IMG/VR virus record: IMGVR_UViG_3300025860_000002
Reading direction: 5' to 3' (one strand)
Origin: a virus
Length of the DNA stretch: 32,221 bases
Part shown: piece after piece, positions 15,814 to 23,591 of the stretch
How positions within the stretch are numbered: position 1 is the first letter of the stretch
Layout of the letters: the number at the start of each line of letters is the position of its first letter
Notes under the pieces: generated by a model
Told to the model about the DNA's origin: nothing
The model's database searches: none
The model's input: only the letters and a program-made list of their open reading frames with translations
Translations under genes and position numbers: made by a program

Positions 15814-16286
15814 CGGGGCTGCTGGGCAAATACGTTCAGCAGTGGGCTTGGCTCTCGACCCGGGCTAAAGACAAAGACCGATCACGCATTGATATGATCG
15901 ATAGTAATGAGATAGCCGGACGGTTCCCAGACGTGGAGCCGTTCGGCTATATCATAGAGATACTCAGCAGAATAGGAGTCGCACTTAATAGCGGCAACGG
16001 GGTTCATGGGCTGACTTGGCAAGAGATCGATGCTTTTGTGGCGAGAACACAACTGCATCTCACCGGATGGGAAGCTGAGACCATAAAACGGTTATCCGCT
16101 CTCTATGCCAGCAGTGTGCTAAAATACGACAATCAGGACGTTCAATCGCCCTACCGCACCGAAGAAGAACAGAACGACATCGCCAAAGGCATGAAGTCGG
16201 TTCTACGCGGACTCGTTATTAAGGACAAGCATGGATCTAGCAACGATACAGATCAAAGTCGACACTCGACAAGTCAAAGCGGCTAA
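15409..16286 (+). CDS. tail assembly chaperone frameshift fusion (GT-like, about 292 aa; -1 shift at 15807)
   Basis: Reading gaa ata acg ggg ctg ctg ggc aaa tac gtt cag cag tgg ... att gat atg atc shows no stop between the slip site and ORF 15894-16286. Confidence 0.75.
15801..15807 (+). promoter_or_regulatory. -1 programmed ribosomal frameshift slippery site T_TTT_TTG
   Basis: Zero frame is ta[t ttt ttg] aaa taa. The -1 frame is open from 15807 straight into ORF 15894-16286. A CTGCTG/CAGCAG hairpin (15819-15842) lies 11 nt downstream. Confidence 0.8.
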
Positions 16287-19200
16287 CGAAGACATCAAGC
16301 AGCTCGGCACGACCGGGCAGATGACTAGCAAGAAGGTAAACGCCGCAAACGACGACATGGCGAAAAGCGCCAAGAGTACAACGTCGGCATTCAAACTGCT
16401 GGGCGGAGCTATGGCTGCGCTCGGCGTCGGCGCATTGGTTACCAATTTCGCCCGGACGGTTACAGAGTCAGAGAGATTAAAAGGCTCTCTCAAGACGATG
16501 ACCGGAAGCACCGAAGACGCAGCGTTCGCATTCTCTGAGCTGGAGAAGTTCGCCTCTCAGACTCCATTTACTCTCGATCAGTCGGTCGAAGGATTCATCA
16601 AGCTCAAAGCGCTTGGACTAGACCCTTCAGAACGCGCTCTGCGCTCATACGGCAACACGTCAGCCGCGATGGGCAAAGACATGATGCAAATGATCGAAGC
16701 AGTCGCCGACGCCTCTACGGGCGAATTTGAGCGTCTGAAAGAGTTCGGCATCAAAGCATCGAAGCAGGGCGACGACGTATCTCTGACATTTCAGGGCGTA
16801 ACGACTACGATCGGCAACAGCTCGGCAGAGATTCAGAACTATCTGCTCGAAATTGGCGAGACCAAATTCGGCACGGCGATGGAAGATCAGATGAAAGCGC
16901 TTCCGGGCCTTCTCTCTAATCTATCCGATAACGTCTCGGCGCTATTCCGCAAAATCGGCGACGTAGGCGGGATAAATATATTTGCTGCGGCAATAACTGG
17001 CGCGAGTTCTCTGATTCTCGGGATTACTAATAATCTCGAAGCTCTGACTATTGGTGTGGGCGCAGCGCTTGCCGGGTTCGTGGCATTCACTATCGGATCA
17101 AACGCTACCCGGATTCTTGGCGGCTTCAAAGCGATGAGAGTCTCGGTTCTGGCGTTGAACACTGCAATAAAAGCGAATCCAATCGGATTGATTTCGGCGG
17201 CTATCGCTGCGGCTGCGGTCGCCATTATAGCGAACTGGGACTCGATCAAAGTCGCAGCAGAGAGAGCTGGCATAAATATCCAGATCGCATTCGAGAAGCT
17301 AAATATCTTTCTTCTCGAAGCAGTCGGCGGCGCTCTCAACTCCATTATGGATATGTTTACCGGGGTTCAGAACAGGGCGGTCGCTACTATGGCGGCGGTC
17401 GCTGCTGCGGTAAAGAACCCGACAGATGCGTTCGATACGTTCAACGAGACGTATAGCACGACTCTGGAAGGGCTACAGACCGGAAACACCAGAACAAATA
17501 TATACTCAGATTCAATCGCCAGAAGTCGAGACCGTGTAGACGAATTGAACGGCAAGCTCGCCGGGATGAATACCGAAGTCGCTACGGCGGAGACCGGGTT
17601 CGACAATACTGGCAGATCTCTCTCTGACTATGCGATCGAAGTCGACAAGAATGCAGTCGCAGCGAATGAACTGGCGGCAGAGACAGAAGCGGCTCGCACT
17701 AAAGCGCACGAATTGCTCGGAGTTATTAGCAACGAGAAAGAAGCTCTACATCTCAGCAATCTTGAAATAGATATTCGAAACGGATTACAGAAAACCGGAG
17801 TCGACGCTACATCGGAACTCGGTCAAGAGATAATCAACGCAACGACTGAGCTGCACAATGAAAAGCAAGCAATGATCGACGCGGCGGCAGCGGCAAAGCA
17901 GCTCGAAGAGGATAATAACGCAGCTCAGAAGGCCATCGAGACAGAAGCGAAGCGAGTCGCCGAAGAAGCCGCCAAAGCATACGAAGAGATGAAGAATAAT
18001 ATCTCTGGCTTCTTCATGGACTTGTTCGAGAACGGTCGAGACGCATTCGACAATCTCGCCAAGAAGTTCAAAGCGATGATCCTGCAATTTATTGCAGACT
18101 GGGCGGCTTCACAGATAGCCAGCATGATCTCCAACACATTCAGCGGAGTGGGTACTTCGATCAGTTCGATGTTCAGCGGGATATTCTCATCAATAGGGGG
18201 CGGAATAGCATCTATGGCAGCGAAAGCGGCGTCCGTGCTGACTGGCGGCGTCTTCGGTGGTGGAGCTGCTGCAACAACTGCCGCAACAACTGCTGCAACA
18301 ACTGCCGCAACAACTGCCGCAACAACTGGCGGGGCTGGAGCCGCAGGATTGGGCGCTGGAGGCGTTCTAGCAAGCGCGGGGCAGTTTATCGGCGGTATGT
18401 TCGGCAGTGGAACGGGTATTGCTGCTGGCACTGTGGGCGCACCGACTGCTGCGGCTGCTGCCGGGGCTAATCTTGGGGCGCTACTATTTAACCCGGTGAC
18501 CGCTGCGCTTGCGGCGATTGCTCTGGGCTTCGGTCTCGACTCTGGCGGCACTCCGACATCTACCGCTGGTATCACTATGGCGAAAACCGGAGGCATGAGT
18601 GACGACAATATATTCCAGACATCGCCGTTCGAGTCTGGGTTCGCTCCATTAGGATTCAAGCAGAACGCAACAAACGCTCAGGCCGAAGCAGCAATTAAGC
18701 CGCTGCGAGACTTGGACGCTATGCTAACAGCTCTGGCCGAGAGCATGGGCTATTCGGTTAATCTGTCAGGTCATACGTTCAACGGTCTCGGAGTCGAAGG
18801 CTCAGGCCCGGGCACGGTTCTCGGCACGTTCATCGAAGAAGGGAAGGCCAAAGGTAAGCCGATGACGGCGCAGCTCGACACTTTTGCTCAGGAATGGGTG
18901 ACAGCAGTCGGCGCAAGAAACAATCTCTCGGCAAGCGAGATCTCTCAGATATTCGGATCTGGCGGGGCTAAAGACATTCTGGACATAGCTGGGACTTCAT
19001 TGCTAGAGCATCGAAGCCGCATTCTAATGAATAACGCAAACGCGACATTATCTGCCGCTGAGGATTCGTCAGTAATTAATGCTGCGGAACAGGCCACCAC
19101 ATTAACGGTTAATGGCACAAATACAACAGACTCAATATCAACCAGCGATATGGGGCCGCTACCGCAGCACAGAGACGGCTTGAATATGGTTCCATACGAC

Positions 19201-19401
19201 GGTTACGTCGCAGAGCTGCACGCCGGAGAGCGCGTTCAGACCGCAGAGCAAGCCCGGGCGTCTGATAATGTAGCAGACGAGATGAGCGGACTGCGCCAGA
19301 GCATTGAAGACGTAATGATCGCAGTGGCGAGAAACACTCAGAAGCTCTACCGACTCAATGACCGCTGGGACAAGAACGGCTTGCCGCCAGTGAGGGCATA
19401 A
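16231..19401 (+). CDS. tape measure protein (1056 aa)
   Basis: Size and position. Coiled-coil regions and Gly/Ala-rich hydrophobic segments. Internal AATT tandem repeat. Confidence 0.9.
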   Translation: MDLATIQIKVDTRQVKAANEDIKQLGTTGQMTSKKVNAANDDMAKSAKSTTSAFKLLGGAMAALGVGALVTNFARTVTESERLKGSLKTMTGSTEDAAFAFSELEKFASQTPFTLDQSVEGFIKLKALGLDPSERALRSYGNTSAAMGKDMMQMIEAVADASTGEFERLKEFGIKASKQGDDVSLTFQGVTTTIGNSSAEIQNYLLEIGETKFGTAMEDQMKALPGLLSNLSDNVSALFRKIGDVGGINIFAAAITGASSLILGITNNLEALTIGVGAALAGFVAFTIGSNATRILGGFKAMRVSVLALNTAIKANPIGLISAAIAAAAVAIIANWDSIKVAAERAGINIQIAFEKLNIFLLEAVGGALNSIMDMFTGVQNRAVATMAAVAAAVKNPTDAFDTFNETYSTTLEGLQTGNTRTNIYSDSIARSRDRVDELNGKLAGMNTEVATAETGFDNTGRSLSDYAIEVDKNAVAANELAAETEAARTKAHELLGVISNEKEALHLSNLEIDIRNGLQKTGVDATSELGQEIINATTELHNEKQAMIDAAAAAKQLEEDNNAAQKAIETEAKRVAEEAAKAYEEMKNNISGFFMDLFENGRDAFDNLAKKFKAMILQFIADWAASQIASMISNTFSGVGTSISSMFSGIFSSIGGGIASMAAKAASVLTGGVFGGGAAATTAATTAATTAATTAATTGGAGAAGLGAGGVLASAGQFIGGMFGSGTGIAAGTVGAPTAAAAAGANLGALLFNPVTAALAAIALGFGLDSGGTPTSTAGITMAKTGGMSDDNIFQTSPFESGFAPLGFKQNATNAQAEAAIKPLRDLDAMLTALAESMGYSVNLSGHTFNGLGVEGSGPGTVLGTFIEEGKAKGKPMTAQLDTFAQEWVTAVGARNNLSASEISQIFGSGGAKDILDIAGTSLLEHRSRILMNNANATLSAAEDSSVINAAEQATTLTVNGTNTTDSISTSDMGPLPQHRDGLNMVPYDGYVAELHAGERVQTAEQARASDNVADEMSGLRQSIEDVMIAVARNTQKLYRLNDRWDKNGLPPVRA
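18268..18327 (+). repeat. 5 x 12-bp in-frame tandem repeat GC(T/C)GCAACAACT, encoding (AATT)5, inside the tape measure gene
   Basis: Read directly. Units differ only at one synonymous position. Confidence 0.9.
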
Positions 19402-19402
19402 T

Positions 19403-20302
19403 ATGAAGTTAATTCGACCGGAAACGGTTACAGATACGATATTTCAGTCTTCAGATGTTCCGGAGGCTGACTACTCGGCATGGCTGGTCGGCACGACTTA
19501 CGCTGACGGCGACCGGGTAATCGTTACGACTCCGAACATCCACAAGATATACGAGTCGCAGCAGGGCGCTAACACCGGGAACGATCCGACTACAGACGAC
19601 GGCACTTACTGGCTCGAAGTCTCCAGCACGAACCGCTGGAAGCTATTCAATGGCATCGTTCAGGAGCAGACCGAGCAAGCGGGCGGCATGGAGTACGTTC
19701 TCCAGTCGCCGACGGTCGTTAACTCTCTGGCTCTGATTAACGTCGATTGCGCGGAAGTGACGGTCGAAGTGGTCGATGCCACAGAGGGCACGGTCTACGA
19801 CGAGACGTTCTCTCTGATCTCTGACTCGGGCATTCAGGACTGGTACGCTTACTTCTTCGAGCCGATCGTCCGAGATGACCGACTGGCGATTCTTGATCTG
19901 CCGCCATATGCCAACGCAGACATTACCGTCACGTTTACGGACACCGGAACCGCTAAATGCGGAGCGCTAATTATCGGCCAGTTCGCCGATCTCGGGTTCT
20001 CTCAGCATGGAGCAAGTTATTCGATCATAGATTACTCAACAAAGAGAACGGACTCTCAGGGGCGCGTCACCATCACTGATGGCCCGTATGCGAACAAGCT
20101 GGACGTCGATGTGATTCTTGATACAGCGGTATTCGGGGTGGCTCGAAACATATTAACGGATCTCAGAACGACTCCGGTGGTCTGGGTGGCCGAAGAAGAT
20201 AACCGAAACTCGATCATATACGGATATTACCGCGAATTTGATATAATTCTCAGTAATCCAACAACTTCCAGATGCTCACTTGAAATCGAAGGTCTCGTAT
20301 AA
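19403..20302 (+). CDS. tail tip / distal tail protein (299 aa)
   Basis: Immediately follows the tape measure gene. The N-terminal W..GTTYA.GD.V....KIYES......P....YW motif resembles carbohydrate-binding repeats seen in tail proteins. Confidence 0.6.
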   Translation: MKLIRPETVTDTIFQSSDVPEADYSAWLVGTTYADGDRVIVTTPNIHKIYESQQGANTGNDPTTDDGTYWLEVSSTNRWKLFNGIVQEQTEQAGGMEYVLQSPTVVNSLALINVDCAEVTVEVVDATEGTVYDETFSLISDSGIQDWYAYFFEPIVRDDRLAILDLPPYANADITVTFTDTGTAKCGALIIGQFADLGFSQHGASYSIIDYSTKRTDSQGRVTITDGPYANKLDVDVILDTAVFGVARNILTDLRTTPVVWVAEEDNRNSIIYGYYREFDIILSNPTTSRCSLEIEGLV

Positions 20303-21294
20303 TGACAATCCCAACTATTAGCACACTGCCAACGGCTCCGGCTAGAACTGACGCCCCGGCAATCTTTATATCCCGTGCCGACGCTTTCTTGGCTGCTCTA
20401 GTAACAATGCAGAGCGAGCTGAATACTTCAATCGGCGCAATGAACACGGACATCGGCGGCATTGCTGCGAATGTAACTGCTGCTCAGGCTGCGCAAACTG
20501 CTGCTGAACTTGCCGAGACAAATGCGGCGACATCCGAATCTAATGCAGCAACTTCGGAGTCTAACGCAGCAACTTCGGAGTCTAATGCGGCGACATCCGA
20601 ATCTAATGCGGCGGCGACATACGATGCTTTTGATGATCGTTATTTAGGCGCAAAAGCAAGTGACCCAGCGCTAGATAATGACGGCAATGCTTTATTAACT
20701 GGCGCTCAGTATTTTAACACTACAACAGATACTACCCGTGTATATAACGGTTCTGGATGGCAAGATAGCGCGGCTATTGCGACTTCCGTTACAGTTAGCC
20801 AAATTTCTGACCTGACCGCAACTGCTGCGGAAATAAATACACTTGATGGGATTACTGCTACAACTGCGGAGTTGAACTATTTAGATATAACAACTCTTGG
20901 AGCTACTGAGGCATCGAAGGCAGTAACAGCAGACGCTAACGGCGTGGTTACTTTTGATAACGGCAAGATTGAAGAATCAACAGTAATCACATCAAGCTCT
21001 AACGCAGCAACTCTTAATCTAACAGATGGTGACAATTTCACTCATACACTGACAGAGAATGTTACTTATACTTTTTCTAATCCTGCGGCATCGGGAAAAG
21101 TCAGCGCGTTTTCATTAAAAGTCACGCAAGACACGACAGCCAGAACAATAACATGGCCTTCTAGTGTAGATTGGGCGGCTGCTACTGCGCCAACATTGAC
21201 CGCCACCTCTGGCGGAGTAGATGTTTTTGTATTCGTCACTTATGACGGTGGCACTAATTACTACGGCTTTACTGCCGGACAGGCGATGGGCTAA
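20302..21294 (+). CDS. tail fibre / receptor-binding protein
   Basis: N-terminus LPTAPARTDAPAIFISRADAFL. (NAATSES)n repeats. YLGAKASDPALDNDGNALLTGAQYFN motif. AAEINTLDGITATTAELNYLD. All are typical fibre elements. Confidence 0.8.
   Translation: MTIPTISTLPTAPARTDAPAIFISRADAFLAALVTMQSELNTSIGAMNTDIGGIAANVTAAQAAQTAAELAETNAATSESNAATSESNAATSESNAATSESNAAATYDAFDDRYLGAKASDPALDNDGNALLTGAQYFNTTTDTTRVYNGSGWQDSAAIATSVTVSQISDLTATAAEINTLDGITATTAELNYLDITTLGATEASKAVTADANGVVTFDNGKIEESTVITSSSNAATLNLTDGDNFTHTLTENVTYTFSNPAASGKVSAFSLKVTQDTTARTITWPSSVDWAAATAPTLTATSGGVDVFVFVTYDGGTNYYGFTAGQAMG
20521..20619 (+). repeat. 4.7 x 21-bp in-frame tandem repeat encoding NAATSES
   Basis: Units at 20521, 20542, 20563, 20584 and 20605 (the last partial). 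Units 1 and 4 are identical. Units 2 and 3 differ by 1 nt. The two types differ only synonymously. Confidence 0.9.
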
Positions 21295-22037
21295 TGAGTA
21301 CAGCAACTAAACTAATTTCTGCATCTGGAAGCAAAGGTAACACTGAGCTAGAGCTTATTGGCTCTACTACTCAAACTACCCCAGAGCAGCCGTCGTCTAT
21401 TAATGTTAATATTCCATCATTTGAAGTCGGTGATTTAATAATTTTTGCTGCTTGCACATCGTCAACGAGTGCACCATCTTCTCAAATGCCAAGCACGCCA
21501 AATCAATCCGGTTATACAAATATTCGTAATGTATATCAAAATGATACTTTCGAAATATCATTGACTGCTTTTTATACGATTGCAACAGCAAGCACATCTT
21601 CTAATATATCTTTTCCAATATCTACAACTTACACAAATCTTCATGGCACTTTAGCGTGGTGTGGTGTTTATAGAAATGCAAGTGAAACCCCATTGCTTGC
21701 AAGCACTCAGCAAAGTTCATTTAACGGCGATGTTCCTATGACATTTGGAAGTCTAAGCGGCTCTGGCGCTCCGTTTGGTGCGTTCGCAATAGGAGCATCA
21801 TCTAGCGGAGGAACAGCGGGTGACGTATCTTATTCAACTACTGATTCTTATGATGAGTTTTATAATATTAACAACTTTGGTGTTACTGGAATTTCAAACA
21901 GATGTCAGCTTGGCGTTTTAAAAGTAGACCATACAAGTACTTCAACATTATCTTTTGCAAGTTGGACAAACAATGCAACACAAGCAGACGGTAGACGCGC
22001 TAGAGCGTCAACAAGTTTCAGCATGGAAATAGAATAG
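21294..22037 (+). CDS. Ser/Thr-rich hypothetical tail-associated protein (247 aa)
   Basis: TAATG coupling to the fibre gene. Visibly AT-rich. Beta-rich, Ser/Thr-rich sequence. Confidence 0.6.
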   Translation: MSTATKLISASGSKGNTELELIGSTTQTTPEQPSSINVNIPSFEVGDLIIFAACTSSTSAPSSQMPSTPNQSGYTNIRNVYQNDTFEISLTAFYTIATASTSSNISFPISTTYTNLHGTLAWCGVYRNASETPLLASTQQSSFNGDVPMTFGSLSGSGAPFGAFAIGASSSGGTAGDVSYSTTDSYDEFYNINNFGVTGISNRCQLGVLKVDHTSTSTLSFASWTNNATQADGRRARASTSFSMEIE

Positions 22038-22046
22038 GTAAAATAT

Positions 22047-22505
22047 ATGTACGCTTTAATTACAAACGGCTCTGTCCAAAAATACCCATACACGATTGGC
22101 AACTTGAGGCGCGATAACCCAAATACAAGTTTTAGCAAAGTAGTCCCAGAAAGCGTTTTGGCAGAATATGGTGTATGCCCTGTTGTTTTAGAAAATAAAC
22201 CCTCTTATAACGAGCGCACACAAAACGCAGAACAAAATTTAACTCCAGAATTAGAAAATCAAACATGGATATTAAAGTGGTCTGTAACTGATAAAACAAC
22301 AATACAGATTCAAGAGTATGATAATCAAAAAGCAGGTGAAGCAAGATTAGAGCGAAACTTTTTGCTTACTGACTCAGACTGGACGCAAGTGGCGGACTCG
22401 CCAGTAGATAAAGCAGCGTGGGCTACATACCGCCAAGCTCTTCGGGATATTACTTCGCAAGAAGGATTTCCAGTTTCTATAAATTGGCCTGCTAAACCAG
22501 AATGA
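22047..22505 (+). CDS. tail fibre assembly chaperone-like protein
   Basis: C-terminal pattern RNFLLTDSDWTQVADSP...WATYRQALRDITSQEGFPVSINWPAKPE matches the phage tail assembly chaperone-like domain as I recall it. Confidence 0.7.
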   Translation: MYALITNGSVQKYPYTIGNLRRDNPNTSFSKVVPESVLAEYGVCPVVLENKPSYNERTQNAEQNLTPELENQTWILKWSVTDKTTIQIQEYDNQKAGEARLERNFLLTDSDWTQVADSPVDKAAWATYRQALRDITSQEGFPVSINWPAKPE

Positions 22506-22912
22506 TGCTTAATCTCATCTCATCGCTAGTCGCCCCGGTCTCTGGCTTACTCGATAAGTTTATCGAAGACAAAGACCAGCGGGCGCTACTGGCTCACGAG
22601 ATCGCTACGCTCGCTGATAAGCAAGCCAACGAGCAAGCGGTCGCGCAGATAGAGCTGAATAAAGTTGAAGCGGCTCATAAGTCGATGTTCGTGGCTGGCT
22701 GGCGTCCGGCGGTCGGCTGGGTATGCGCTCTCGCCATGTTGCTGAACTTTATTCTGATCCCATTTATCAATCTCGGACTAGAGTTTGCTGGTCTGGATTT
22801 GCAGCTTGATCTGATTGATATGGAAACAATGATGCCAGTTCTATTCGGGATGCTTGGGCTTGGCGGTATGCGAACTGCCGAGAAGCTCAAAGGCGTTCAG
22901 CGCGAGAAATAA
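22502..22912 (+). CDS. holin, GTA-type 3-TM family
   Basis: NKVEAAHKSMFVAGWRPAVGWVCALAMLLNFILIPF plus further hydrophobic helices, matching my recollection of the GTA_holin_3TM signature. Confidence 0.7.
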   Translation: MMLNLISSLVAPVSGLLDKFIEDKDQRALLAHEIATLADKQANEQAVAQIELNKVEAAHKSMFVAGWRPAVGWVCALAMLLNFILIPFINLGLEFAGLDLQLDLIDMETMMPVLFGMLGLGGMRTAEKLKGVQREK

Positions 22913-23130
22913 TGATTCATGCGTTCATACTCATTATTCTGGTGAATGGCGAAATAGTATCAGACCGGGAGCCGATGCTTTTCTTCGATATAAATCGATG
23001 TAATGTATTCGCGTCCGCAATAGTCTCGGGCAAGCGAGAAGCTCGCGGTATCAATCATGATTCCGTGAAACTTGCTGCATACTGTTTGCCGAAATTGGTA
23101 GACCCGGAGAAAGTGAGGATCTACACATGA
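22912..23130 (+). CDS. small protein with N-terminal hydrophobic segment (72 aa)
   Basis: TAATG coupling and the leader MIHAFILIILVNG. Confidence 0.5.
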   Translation: MIHAFILIILVNGEIVSDREPMLFFDINRCNVFASAIVSGKREARGINHDSVKLAAYCLPKLVDPEKVRIYT

Positions 23131-23591
23131 TGGAGATCGCAGTCGCAATCGCTACCGCCGGGAAAGCATTTAACTACATAAACGCAGCGGTAAATAAAGG
23201 GCATGAGATACAAGATCTCGCCACAAAGTTTGGCGCTTTTTTCGATGCTAAAGATTCTATTCTCGAACACGAAGCGAGTATAAATAACGCCAGCACTATC
23301 TCGAAGATATTTGCCAAAGGTTCAGTAGAGGCTCAGGCACTTCAAGTGACTATGGCGAAACACAAAGCGCAGCAGATGGAATCACAACTGCGCGAGCTGA
23401 TAGTTTGGACAGTAGGACAAGAGTTCTATGTCGACATGATACGGCAGCGGCAAGCTATCAGAAAGCAAAGACTAGACGCAGCGCGAGCCAGAGCAGCTCG
23501 CAGAAGAATGATAATTGACGGGATTGGGTTCGCTTTTATTGGCGTAATTTTATTGATTAGCATTCTTGCTATTTTAGGTATTGCTTTATGA
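23127..23591 (+). CDS. tail-anchored membrane protein (154 aa, C-terminal TM)
   Basis: ATGA coupling. Helical, Arg-rich segment followed by IIDGIGFAFIGVILLISILAILGIAL. Confidence 0.6.
   Translation: MMEIAVAIATAGKAFNYINAAVNKGHEIQDLATKFGAFFDAKDSILEHEASINNASTISKIFAKGSVEAQALQVTMAKHKAQQMESQLRELIVWTVGQEFYVDMIRQRQAIRKQRLDAARARAARRRMIIDGIGFAFIGVILLISILAILGIAL

Noticed and set aside
15894-16286. ORF 15894-16286 as an independent gene with its own ATG
   Set aside because: There is no SD. The -1 frame is open all the way back to a perfect slippery heptamer at the end of the upstream chaperone ORF, so a GT-type frameshift fusion is far more likely.
18268-18327. Short tandem repeats (18268-18327 and 20521-20619) as a CRISPR array or minisatellite outside genes
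   Set aside because: The units are contiguous without spacers, in frame, and encode peptide repeats within the tape measure and fibre genes.
17925-18659. 244-aa minus-strand ORF antisense to the tape measure gene
   Set aside because: It is a product of the stop-poor GC/Ala-codon-rich repeat region. Its Pro/Ala low-complexity translation mirrors the sense Gly/Ala region.
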